Assembly (NCBI RefSeq): GCF_006345805.1 | Contig: NC_043017.1 | Span: forward strand, 21,638,001 to 21,702,000 | Direction: 5' to 3' | DNA length: 64,000 nucleotides | From: Octopus sinensis | Lineage: Eukaryota | Shown here: piece after piece, positions 13,186-25,574 of the stretch | How positions within the stretch are numbered: position 1 is the stretch's first letter | How the letters are laid out: every line of letters begins with the position of its first letter | Notes under the pieces: model-generated | Database searches by the model: none | What the model was told of the DNA's origin: nothing | Seen by the model: the letters and a program-made list of their open reading frames with translations, nothing else | Position numbers and translations under genes: made by a program

Positions 13186-13544
13186 CCTTCTCCTAGAAGG
13201 ATGCCCTAACAAAGGCTAGGAGTCCTTCACTCCCAATGGTTTAACCGCGCAATCGGGTATTCAGTCCAATTATTTCTATGTCCCCACGCATGATACAGCC
13301 TTAAGACATTTATTGGATGGCTGTTGACTCTCAAGAGTTCCTCCGCCCTTTGACAGGCTTTGTTTTTCATCCCACAGGGTGTCCAAGCAAGCTTGGTGGG
13401 GTTGCCGGTTTAGTTGCCGATGACCCGACCATGCAACAGGTTGTACTGGGTTACATGTTACCAGCATCACTGAAAAGTGACCTGACATAAATACATACAT
13501 ACATATAAGTGACTTGACATAAATACATACATCAAAAAGATATT

Positions 13545-13586
<42 letters not shown>

Positions 13587-13605
13587 TAGACATATAGATG
13601 CATAT

Positions 13606-13651
<46 letters not shown>

Positions 13652-14158
13652 TAACAGAAAGATAGACAGATAAACAGGCAGACATACAGACAGAGAGACA
13701 GATAGATAGACTCTGTTAAAGTGCATCATTTGAGTTTAAGGAAACAACATTCTCTGATTTATATCTCAGTTCAAATTTTATTTGAAGTTCAAAATCAAAA
13801 AGAGAGATAGTCACCACAATAATCGCTACCCACACAAACGTTATACACCATACATCAAACACCTCTAAATGTATATAGGAATGCTGTGTACATCTCTACA
13901 TGAATGTGCATATGTAATAAGCATGTGTTTATATATATAGTCTTTTTAGCTCCACCAGAATATGTTATAGATATGCACTTTTATCCAAGTTTAGATGAGA
14001 ATGATACTTTTAACTGCCCACACACTCACATTAACCGAAAGATGTTATCATTACTTTATCTCTTTTAAGCAGAAGACATACCATAATGACACTCATGCAG
14101 ACAGGACAAATACATAGCTACGAAAATGAATATTAATATACATTCATGTGATGTACAC

Positions 14159-14329
14159 CAGTGCTCTGCAACCTGTGTGCCACAGCACACCGTTGTGTCA
14201 CAAGACTATGCTAGGTGTGCCACAGAGCAATCTGAATTTAATTTTTTTCTTATACTTTTAGTTCAGGTGTGCTGCCAAATTTTGAAAAGAATACGTGTAC
14301 CACAAGTGGAAAAAGATTGCGGAGCACTG
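14159..14329. mobile_element. hAT-type MITE
   Basis: TIR CAGTGCTCTGCAACCT / AGATTGCGGAGCACTG (14/16); 8-bp flanks ATGTACAC / ATGTATGT fit an eroded nTnTAnAn target duplication. Confidence 0.75.
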
Positions 14330-14547
14330 ATGTATGTGTATTTGTGTGTATGTATGTCTGTGTGTTTTTGCGTGTGTGTCTGTGTGTGTATATATTCAGA
14401 AAAAGTTGTCAGAATTTTGGAAAAAAATCCTTTTATTTCTTCTGTATTATGTGACAAGTTCTAGAAAGGAATGTGATGGTGTGTGTGAATCTGAATGTGA
14501 TTGGAAGTGATTCAGAAAATGACTATAATAATAATATCTTTTATTAT

Positions 14548-14765
14548 AAGGCAGCGAGCTGGCAGAAATGTTAGCACACCAAGTGAAATGCTTAACAGTA
14601 TTTCATCTGTTTTTACGTTCTGGGTTCAAATTCTGCCAAGGTCGACTTTGCCTTTCATTCTTTTGGGTTCGATAAATTAAGTACCAGTTGTGTACTAGGG
14701 TCGATCTAATCAACTGGCCCTCTCCTTAAAAATTTCAGGCCTTGTGCCTAGAGTAGAAAAGACTA
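14548..14765 (+). mobile_element. SINE family B, full length
   Basis: AGGCAGCGAGCTGGCAGAAATGTTAGC...GGGTTCAAATTCTGCC...CCTTGTGCCTAGAGTAGAAAAG. Confidence 0.9.
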
Positions 14766-15021
14766 TTTTTTATTATAAATGACCTTTATTTTTTTTTTTT
14801 TACATAAAATATTCTTTACATTTTACTGTTGTTTTATTGTCATTTATTTACGAATATTATAAATTTCATGGGTAAAATATTTTTCTGGGAATAAATTATG
14901 ATTTACAGCATTGCTACCATGGGAAATTATTGCTCTGCTTTACGAGTTTTTGTTTTACCAGCAGTCTCCAGGAATGAATTAACTCGTATATCAAGGAATT
15001 ATTCTGTATGTGTGTGTGTGT

Positions 15022-15064
<43 letters not shown>

Positions 15065-16233
15065 ATGTATGTGTGTGTGTTTTTCTTTGCTTCTATGTTT
15101 GTCTGCCACACCACTGCTTGACAACTAGTTTTGGTGTGTTTATGTCCCTATAGCTTAGCAGTTCAGCAAAAGAGAATGATACAATAGTTACCAGGCTTCA
15201 AATAAGTATGGGAGGTAAATTTCATTTGACTAAAATTCTTCAAGGCAGTGCCCCAGCATGGCCACAGTCTAATGACTGAAACCGGTAAAAAACAAAGATA
15301 ACACACACACACATATATTTATATACACACACACACATATTTACACACACACACACATATTTACACACACACACACACATATATATTTACATACACACAC
15401 ACATATTTACATACACACATATGTATCAATGTATGTATAGAAAGGAAAAATAAATGAAGTTTGAAAATGCCCAAATTTTTATATATCTATGTTTAAATAA
15501 AACAAATTTTATTTTAAACAGGGATAAATGTTTCCATGAAATATCTACATATATGAAAATATGTATGTTCACACACAACACACACACACACACAAACACA
15601 TACAAACTGCTGATTGTGAACACAGATCTAGCAACATCTCTCTTTCAAGATTTAGAAAATACAAAAAGACAATAAATCATAAAAAAAAAAAGGAAGAAAA
15701 TTAAAATTAAAAACAGAATTATAATTAGAAATATTGAAATAATTAGCAGTACAACTGTATGTTTCAACGTAATAGAACTCTTCCGAAACTAACACCCGCC
15801 CCACAATATTTGGCAACGAAGAAATAAAGAATTGTCGTAAAAGACTTTGCTCAATAAAGCTTTATATCAATTTGTAGAACATGAATATAACAATATGGTA
15901 AACATCTGTATGGAACTTATACAAAGGCATTAACAATGGTAAGAATGAAGAACTGAAGATGACGAGGATAGGTTTTGATTCTGAGACTTTTAGTAAATGG
16001 TAGATCACATTGTATTCACCAATAAATTGTTGAATATAAGAGAAAAACATTGGAGAAATGTACTATGCTAATGGGCTCTCATACAGCTTTGAATAATTTT
16101 GGTTTTGAAAAACTAGATTTTATTGATCAGGTACAAATATTAAATGTCCATTAGACAAAACATACACACATGCATGCTTACACACACACACACATACATA
16201 CACATACATTCATACAGAAGCAGATATTTTCAT

Positions 16234-16271
<38 letters not shown>

Positions 16272-16625
16272 TCAATCTCATATATACATATGCATATGTA
16301 TTCAAATGCCTATGTGTACATTTTTGTATGTGTTTATATATATATATATATATATATAATATACGTACATACATATACATACATATATACATTTATATAT
16401 ACATATATACATAGCCAAGTATAGGTATCCATATGCATATATATATATATATACATATACATAAATATATGTGTATGTATATATATATATATATATATGT
16501 GCATACATATACATATATACATTTATATATACACATATACATAGCCATGTATAGGTATGCATATGCATATATATATATATACACATATACATAAATATAT
16601 GTGTATGTATATATATATATATATA

Positions 16626-16835
16626 CACGGATGCAGCACGGATTTCTGTCAGTGAACAGGTCGTGGTCTTAAAGTGACGAAAATATTTTGACAAATTAAA
16701 CTTAAATGTTGAAGTGAATCGAACGGCTTTTGTGTGTTTCTTAAATGGCTTACAAACACCTTCCACGCTGCAATTGTTTTCGTTTCAGCACACGATCTCA
16801 GACAAAATCACTTGCTATGCAAGTACATCTCCGTA
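16626..16835 (+). mobile_element. Short hammerhead-bearing insertion in (AT)n, probably Penelope-like
   Basis: Complex, CpG-containing 210-bp block inside an AT microsatellite; contains the fold at 16647-16693. Confidence 0.55.
16647..16693 (+). ncRNA. Minimal type I hammerhead ribozyme with swapped G3:C8 core pair
   Basis: UGUCA-GUGAACA-G-GUCGU(GGUCUUAAA)GUGAC-GAA-AAUAUU-U-UGACA; stem I 5 WC bp, G10.1-C11.1, palindromic stem III. Confidence 0.65.
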
Positions 16836-17819
16836 ATATATATATAAATATATATATACATACATACATACATTTATATATTCACATATACATAGCCTTG
16901 TATAGGTATACATATTTATATACATATATATATATATATATAGGTATGAATATGTGTGTATTGATGTACACAACACACAGTTCACAAACAACAACTCATG
17001 ATGTTACAATATTCAATAGTGGGCAGGTTACAGTATGAAATTGAATGTGACATACCATAATATACTACAACACAACTCAACAGAACTGAAAAGAAAACAA
17101 GCCAACTTAACAAGATATTGTTGTTATGTTTTGAAACATGGTCCTTCTTGGTGGAAGATCCATTAATACGTTGTAGGAAAGAAAATGGATAAAATGTGGG
17201 GTGATGAAGGTTAGAGATGAGACTTGGAAAGTACAGACTGACTAAAATGGGTTCATGGAGAAAGAAAGTGATCAGAGAGAGAGGGAAGGAGGGAGAGGGA
17301 AGGAGGGAGAAATTGATGGAGAGTGAGAAAAGGCAAGAGGAAGAGATGGACTGAGAAAGAGAGGGAGAGATGATGATATCTAGATTAAGAACTGAGTTCG
17401 ATGTTGATTGCAAGCGAAACGGATTGTTTATAAGCTGTTGTTACAGGCAATGCTTGCATATATGTGCATGTGTGTGTTTTGTGTATGTGTATATAATATT
17501 TCATGTATGAATATAAATGTAATGTTTATGCATATGTATGTGTGAGTGTATGAATATATATATTTTCTGTATATGTATATCATATATTTATAAACATATC
17601 TATGGGTATGAATGTGTTTATATACATATATATGTGTGTGGGTATTTTATATTTGTTATATATACATATTTTATTAGTGAATATATATGATGTATATATA
17701 CATATATGTATGCATGTATATATTTACTATCCATCTATCTATCTATCTCTCTATATATATATATATCACATATATAAACATGTGTTTGTGCATGTGTTTA
17801 TATGCTTATAGATACATAC

Positions 17820-17863
<44 letters not shown>

Positions 17864-18682
17864 TTGTGTGCACACACATACATATATGCACATCAACAAC
17901 TAACTTTTAACAAGCGTATACACTGGTCTTTATCCGCCATACTATACACACTGCACCCACATGAACATACATCTACAAACCTCCAACTCTAGTCCCCCAT
18001 TTGTTCAGGTTTTCAAAGACCAGGTCATTATTCTAAAGATCAACAGTTCCAGCCAACATATTTACAACAACCAACAAATTCTTCATCAAAAGTGATTCAC
18101 CATGTTCAAGGCATTGGTTAAATGGTTTGACTCATGACCTCCTGGGGAGGTATTCAAGCCACACTTTATCTCATTTTTGCTTTTCAGTTTAGGGAAGATG
18201 ACAGAAGCTCAGAAGACGATAACTATTTAACATTCAGGTTATTCTGTAAAAGGTAATATTTTTTACCCACATCATTTCGAATTAATCTTGTCTTAATCTT
18301 TAAGCTTCAAGATTTTGATGAGGTGATGGTGTATTTCTAGAATGACTATGTACGGCATGCGTGAGAGGCCAGAACTGACCAGTTTGAACACATAACATGT
18401 AGAATATTCGGGTCAGCTATGGTCAGTTTAAATGCTAAAGGGTTGAAGAGTTACACATATCCATGTTAAAGGTTTGGAATGATGATGGTAAAAGTGGATT
18501 ATTTTCCAGAGTGGCTTCAGTTTATCCCTCTAGCATTCAGATTACTCTGTCAGATTATCCGTATTGTCTTGAAGTAATCCAGCATTATCTCATAGCCTCA
18601 AGATTTCATTGATGTGAAGTTGACAAAATCAAAAACACAATGCACACGTGTGAAATTAAGAATATAAAATGGGGACAATTTA

Positions 18683-19105
18683 CCCATGTGACTGTGTGGT
18701 AAGTAGCTTGTTTACCAACCACATGGTTCTGGGTTCAGTCCCACTGCGTGGCACCTTGGGTAAGTGTCTTCTACTATAGCCTCGGGCCGACCAAAGCCTT
18801 GTGAGTGGATTTGGTAGATGGAAACGGAAAAGAAGCCTGTTGTATATATGTATATATATATAATATATATATATTATATATATATATATATATATGCATG
18901 TGTGTGTGGTGTGTCTGTGTTTGTCCCTCTAGCATTGCTTGACAACCGAGTGGTGTGTTTATGTCCCCGTTACTTAGCGGTTCGGCCAAAGAGACCGATA
19001 GAATAAGTACTGGGCTTACAAAGAATAAGTCATGGGGTCGACTTGCTCGACTAAAGGCGGTGCTTCAGCATGGCCGTAGTCAAATGACTGAAACAAGTAA
19101 AAGAA
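18683..19105 (+). mobile_element. SINE family A, full length
   Basis: Head with GGGTTCAGTCCC B-box-like motif, core, (AT)n, tail to GAAACAAGTAAAAGA. Confidence 0.9.
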
Positions 19106-19634
19106 TATATATATATATATATAATATATACATACACTCAAGGTCAGTGGAATACAATTGAATATGCAGATGGATTAGAATTTAATATTGAGATAGATTT
19201 ATCAATAATGTTGTGATTCTCGTTATCCCATCCCCACCTTCACCACTAGCATGATATATATCTCTTTCTGCCTCACCTTTTTCTATGAGGGAAAAGCAAA
19301 AACAAAATGTTATTACATCAATCAACATGATTAGCATCTTGCAAATTAAGAACTTCGAAGGATTTCACCCCCACCATACCAAACACTTACAAACAATTTT
19401 GCAATTTTTGAGCCTCGTTATTATTTCGTTTGAAGTGAAAATGATTTGAATAATTACAAAATGTTATGCTGTATCAATAACATTGGAAAAAGTTTTTTAC
19501 ATGTCTACCAGAGAGGGGAGGGGGAAATCCAATCGCATGATTTCATTCAATAAAACATATTGAAGAGACTTTTGCAATACAAAATCATAAAATAAACGAG
19601 AAAACAAAAAGCACAACAATAAATAAAAGTTTAC

Positions 19635-19718
19635 CTGGAAAAATGTCAGAGTTTTTCTTCAAACATTTATTCCACGTTAATAGCTTTAAGTAAACATTGT
19701 ATGTGAAAGAAAATGGCG
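19635..19718 (-). other. Candidate 84-nt exon (coding status unknown)
   Basis: Acceptor TTTTATTTCTCTTCTACTAAG| and donor CCAG|GTAAAC; one open frame (PFSFTYNVYLKLLTWNKCLKKNSDIFP). Confidence 0.25.
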
Positions 19719-19780
19719 CTTAGTAGAAGAGAAATAAAATACATATGCTAGTAACTGTTGCTGTTGTAATTGCTGTAATG

Positions 19781-20027
19781 CACCTGAGGAGTTATTGCAC
19801 ACCTGAGCAGTTGTAGAACACCTGAGCAGTTGTAGCACACCTGAGCAGTTGCAGTGCATCTGAACAGTTGCAGCACACCTGAGCAGTTGCAGTGCACCTG
19901 AGCAGTTGTAGCACACCTGAGCAGTTGCAGTGCACCTGAGAAGTGGTATCACATCTGAGCAGCTGTAGCACACCTGAGCAGTCACAGCACACCTGAGCGG
20001 TTGTAGTGCATCTGAACACAGTGTACA
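19781..20027. repeat. 19-bp minisatellite, about 13 units
   Basis: Unit CACCTGAGCAGTTG(T/C)AG(CA/TG) at exact 19-nt spacing. Confidence 0.95.
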
Positions 20028-20064
20028 ATAAGTTCATTAGTATTATGAGGTTGTTAAGTAAAGG

Positions 20065-20385
20065 TGCATGGCTTAGTGGTCAGGGTATTCAGATCACAGT
20101 TGTAAGGGTTGTGAGTTCAATTCTTTAAGCTACATTGTGTCCTTGAGCAAGACATCTTATTTCATATTGCTCCAATCCAGTCACCTGGCAAAAATAAATG
20201 AGTGGTACCTGTATTTCAAAGGGCCAGCCTTGTCACATCCTGCGTCATGTTGAATCTACCTGAAAACTATGTTAATGGCACATGTGCTTGTGGTGTGCTC
20301 AACCACTTGCATGTTAATTCCATGAGTGGGCTGATCCACTGATTGAATAAACTGAAACCCTAATCATCATAACCAATGAAGAACC
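20065..20385 (+). mobile_element. tRNA-derived SINE family D
   Basis: GGCTTAGTGGT...GTGAGTTCAATTC...TGTGTCCTTGAGCAAGACA; reverse copy at about 26150-26420. Confidence 0.75.
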
Positions 20386-20464
20386 AGTTTTGCAAATGTT
20401 GTTGGTTCTGCCTATCTTCCAAAGATTGGTGCTGATCAAGCATACCGTAAAGTCATATACACCT

Positions 20465-20734
20465 ATGATTAAAAGGCATATAGATTTTGATTTACAGTGA
20501 AATCCTCAAGTTAGCTTATTTCAGCAAGTGATCTTTTGGGTTGTATATAGCTTCAGGTATGACCAGTTCATCCCATTTCTATTTTCTTCCACCCCAAACT
20601 CAGTGTATGTAGGGCCAGTTCTGGAATTAGACTTGGTAAGGCCTGAAGCTATATACAACCCAAAAGATCATTTGCTGAAATAAGCTAACTTGAGGATTTC
20701 ACTGTAAATCAAAATATATATGCCTTTTAATCAT
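20465..20734. repeat. Near-perfect inverted repeat (93-bp arms, 84-bp spacer), MITE-like
   Basis: 20465-20557 vs 20642-20734: 2 mismatches; TTAA near both outer ends. Confidence 0.95.
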
Positions 20735-21184
20735 TTTGAGATCCCTGCTGTTTGTGAGTCCCTAAATTGATGTTTATCCCTAAAACTGGCACAGTCTATC
20801 TAGGTCTATTTTATTGGGGTTTTTTTTTTGCTTTATCTTGTTTATTTTGTTTCTTTTTTGTCTATTTTTTTGCTTTATTTTCTTTTTTAGTTGCCCTGAT
20901 CTTTAACACACACACACATACAAACAGATATGAAAGGACAAGCAATGTAAGAATTTGAAATTTTATTGAATGATTCCAATGATAAAGCTTTCAAATCAAG
21001 AGAAACATATTTGCATTAAGAAATGGAAGCTAAATTATAAAGCACGGAGAAAAGACAGACGGCCATCAAAATACATATCAGATTTCAATCAAAAGAAAGC
21101 ATTGCTTCCAAGATCAAAGATCTCATTTGAATATGTGAAGAATAAACTCAGTGACTTGATGCTATTACATTTTGGGGTTTCATA

Positions 21185-21660
21185 TTGCAAGACCCTAAAC
21201 TGTAGTTTTTTTAAGCTTATTCATAAATCCCTCACAGTCTAGGTCTATTTGAGGTCCCTTCAGATTGTGACATCCTAAATTGTAGCTTCTTTTGCATATC
21301 CATAAATCTGATACAGCTTGAGTATATTTGAGGTCCCTTTAGATTGTGAGACCCTAAATTATAACTTATTAACTTTATCCCTAAATCCAACAAGTCTAAA
21401 TGCATTTGAGGTTGCTTCAAATTGTGAAATCCTAAGTTGTCACTTGTTTAGCTAATCCCTAAATCTGACACAGTCTTAGACTTTTTACAGTCCCTTTAGA
21501 ATGTGAGACCCATAGTAGTAACTTTTTCAACTAATCCCTAAATCAAATAAGTCTAGGTTTATTTGAAGTAGCTTCAAATTATGAGACCCTAAATTGTCAT
21601 TTATTTAGCTTATCCCTAAATCTGACACAGTCAAAATAATGAGACCCTAAACTCTACACA
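21185..21660. repeat. Diverged tandem repeat, 78-79 bp unit, about 6 copies
   Basis: ATTTGA anchor at 21247, 21326, 21404, about 21483 and 21561; partial solo unit at about 20755-20820. Confidence 0.85.
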
Positions 21661-22453
21661 ATCTAGGAATTCATTATTCAAATTGTTCTTCAGCTCTTTT
21701 CCAGTAATAAAATGTGACCCCCACCTATCCCCCATCACACCAACAATAGTAATGTAATTTAGATACTATCAATAAACAATTTACTATTTATGTTCAGCAA
21801 AGACTAATTACAATTCATAATCATTTGATGATGGAGTGAGGGTGCAAGGTTAACTGCAATTTTAACCCTGATGACCATTGATTATTGGTTCATAACATTT
21901 CAAATGTTTCTGGGGTATTTTTCTAGTAGCAGATGATTTGTCATCATCATTGCTTTTCCTCATCTTCATCCTTTTAACATCCATTTTTCCATGTTTGTAT
22001 GGGTCAGATGGAATTCACCAAGGCAGATTTTTTTTTCCTGACTGGATACCCTTCCTATTTCCAACCCTCGTGTATTCCTAAGTAAGATAATATTGCTGCA
22101 TGGTCAGACATGTTTTTCATGGAAAACAGGAAACAAACCACATTATGTGTATGATGATGATGATGATGCCCATTTGCAAGCATCACATGATGTTAAGTCA
22201 AGGTTACACACACAAGGGCTTCTTTCAGTTTCCTGTTACCAAATCCTCTTGCAAGGCTTTGGTCAACCCAGAGCTGTAGTGAAAAAAAAACTTACTCAAG
22301 GTGCCACACTGTGGGACTGAACCCAAAACCACATGGTTGGAAAGCAAGTTTCTTAACCACACAACAACATGCATGCCTGATATATAAGTCTGATGTACGA
22401 CTATGTGAAACAACATATGGCAGCTCATCATTGATATGGTTTAAGCAAAAATA

Positions 22454-22992
22454 AGCCAAGAGAAATAACTAAAAATGACCAATGGCATGTACACGGACGT
22501 GGATTAATACAGGTACATCAAATACCGTACAACATAAATTGATGGTTTATTAAAATTATCTCCACATCTGGAGGATGTGTCACAATCCCTAAATGGCAAT
22601 TGAGAACAGCCTCTTATGAGAAGGTGAGATAATCCCAAGAATCAAGTATAGGCATTTTGGTCTGGAGATAAGAGAATAGCCTCAATAGGCATCATCAGCA
22701 TGACAGTTGTCCTGTTTCCAGTAGCCATGGGGCATAGACATATACAAATAGAGTATAATATATTTATGGCCTTGGGATTTGCATAAGTTAAACGAAAAAA
22801 AGCCAAGAGAAATAAACTGGAGTGGCCAGTGGTATGTATATGAACATAGACTAATACAAGTACATCAAATACCATACAACAGAAATTCTCGATTCTTTTA
22901 AAATTTTCTCTGCCGCCAGATGATATAACATAATTATCAAATGGCAATAAAGACCAGCTTGATTGGAAAAGGGGAGATAACCTCAAGAATCA
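22454..22992. repeat. Old direct duplication (about 190-bp blocks, offset 347)
   Basis: AGCCAAGAGAAATAA...TAATACA.GTACATCAAATACC.TACAAC...AAATGGCAAT...GAGATAA..CAAGAATCA in both. Confidence 0.85.
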
Positions 22993-23065
22993 TGACCACT
23001 AGTATACCAGAAACACGTGTCAACAACTGTCCTCTTATCTCCTGGTAATAAACCTACCCTTTTCC

Positions 23066-23667
23066 TTAACCCATTTGATGCCAACCCAGATGAAACTGCC
23101 TCTGGCTCTGTAGTACAAATGTCTTATTTGCAAAAGTTCTGAATTAAAATATTTCACCAAACCTTAGTCACAATTTATGTTCCTAACACTAGCTGAATGA
23201 TAATAACTAAGTTATTTTACTAAATTCTTTGTTATATTTAAAATTAACTGAAAGAAACACAGAGCATCTCAACAGAAATACGGTAACGAAAGGAATAAAA
23301 TATATAATAGAGAAACAATTCTTAATGATTTTAATACCAACCTGCTTGAAACCAACTATGGCCCTGTAGTACAAATGTCTTGTTTTCAAAAGTTCTGAAT
23401 GAAAATCTTCCACCAAACCTTAGTCACAATTTATGTTCCTAACACTAGCTTAATGATAATACTCTCTTTTACTTGTTTCAGTCATTTTGACTGCAGCCAT
23501 GCTGGAGCACCACCTTTAGTCGAGCAAATCGTCCCCAGGACTTATTCTTTGTAAGCCCAGTACTTATTCTATTGGCCTCTTTTGCCGAACCGTTAAGTGA
23601 CGAGGACGTAAACACACCAGCATCAGTTGTCAAGCAATGCTAGGGGGACAAACACAGACACACAAAC

Positions 23668-23698
<31 letters not shown>

Positions 23699-23962
23699 CA
23701 TATATATGACAGGCTTCTTTCAGTTTCCATCTACCAAATCCACTCACAAGGCATTGGTCGGCCCGGGGCTATAGCAGAAGACACTTGCCCAAGATGCCAC
23801 GTAGTGGGACTGAACCCGGAACCATGTGGTTGGTTAGCAAGCTACTTACCACACAGCCACTCCTGCACCTAATAACCAAGTTATTTTACTAAACTCTTTG
23901 TTATATTTAAACTGAAAGAAACACAGAATGTCTCAAAAGAAATATGGTAACGAAAGGGTTAA
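23066..23962. mobile_element. TTAA-flanked (piggyBac-like) MITE dimer; second unit interrupted by a family A SINE (about 23465-23868, minus)
   Basis: Ends TTAACCCATTTG / CGAAAGGGTTAA; two internal copies of CTGTAGTACAAATGTCTT...GAAACACAGA. Confidence 0.8.
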
Positions 23963-24454
23963 CAGCATGCCAACTTTGAAGAATCATATTTATTATAGGC
24001 AGTTGTTTGGAAATGCATGGTGTTTGGGTAATGGCTTGTAGAATTGGAAATGGAATATAGATGTCGACTGAGAAACATGACAATCTAAACATTTCTTAGT
24101 TAGCAATGTCAACATTTGATCTGCTGTGATGTGAATTGAGGTTTTAAAAATTCAATTTGACGCATGAAAGTAAATATCACATGAAAGGTGGTGGCAAAAA
24201 TTGATTTCAAAATAATTAATTCTGGAAAATCTTTTAAGTTCTGCATATATATAAACACACACACACACGTGTGCACACACACATACACACATATATATAA
24301 ATGTATACATAAGTGCATGTAAAAATAAATGTATGAGTGTGTGTGTTTATATATATACATACATACACAAATGTACACTAACACACATGCAGATGTTACA
24401 AGCACCCCCAGTTTCTCAGCTTACATATAACACAACTACAACTACTACAGTAAC

Positions 24455-24500
24455 CAAAACCACCAATCCACCACCACCACCACCACCACCACCACCACTG

Positions 24501-24549
<49 letters not shown>

Positions 24550-24625
24550 CACCACCACCACCCCACCACCACCACCACCACCACCACCACCACCACCACC
24601 ACCACTACTACTACTATTACTACTG

Positions 24626-24663
<38 letters not shown>

Positions 24664-24670
24664 GTAATTA
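24455..24670. repeat. Compound (ACC)n-(ACT)n-(ACC)n-(ACT)n microsatellite
   Basis: Direct reading. Confidence 0.95.
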
Positions 24671-25574
24671 CTACAAGTCACTGGCAGAGCTCCTACATGG
24701 CCATTCAACCAGCTAGAAATAGTTGGAACACCTATTTCCAATTACTGACTATCTTAAAAAAGGGTACGGATACATTGGACAATGTAGCTCTTGATATACA
24801 ATGCCTGCAAGAAGGAGGGAATGGTCAGAGGTGGAATGCTTTTGATTGCATGTCTGTTCTGTCACAGTTGACCATGGGCTAAATAACAACAGCAACATTT
24901 ATATTTATCTAGGTTCACCCATTGTTCCTTAAAAAGGATTGACTCCCTTCAAGCTTCACGAGACAGGATCTTTTCTTTCTGAACCCCTCATCAGCCTTGT
25001 TTGCAATGCCATTGTTTTGATGCTTGTGGTCACATTGACATTGGATAACCATTTCTGCTGATATTTGAATAATCACAAAAACTGATCAATAATATTTTTC
25101 TCAGCTGAATTCATTCATGTGTTGGAATGAAGACTTCGCTCTTAAATATCACTGATTTTCTGATGGACAATATTAGAAAATGATTTTTTCCTTTTCACTT
25201 ATAATGCTTATTTTATTGCAGAATGAATGCAAAAGAAGAATACTTGGCACTCTTTGACTTCAGCCGTTATCATTGTAAGATCTCTCTTTTCTCCAGGAGC
25301 AGTGATTCTCAGACGCTTATACTCCATCTTCTAACTCAGGTGAAAAAAAGATAACATTTTTTCAAGTGACCTGATGAAAAGTTCTGATATTGAAGAAATA
25401 ACTGGACTCCATCAACCAGAATGACGAGGGTTCCAGTTCACTGAAGAAATGTTGAAGAAGAGATAACAGCTACGCATCATCTCCCATTTCTCCAAGTGAC
25501 CTGAGGAAACTCTGAAAAATTGAAGAACTTTAACTTTGAAATATTCTTTTCTACTGTAAGCACAGTGAAGGCTC

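Noticed and set aside
13197-13480. Structured GC-rich block as an HDV-like or twister ribozyme
   Set aside because: Only simple hairpins; the pseudoknot topology could not be assigned. Left as an unclassified repeat fragment.
22642-22986. Minus-strand ORF as a GPCR/transmembrane fragment
   Set aside because: The frame is not kept in the duplicated copy, and there are no splice sites or DRY-like motif.
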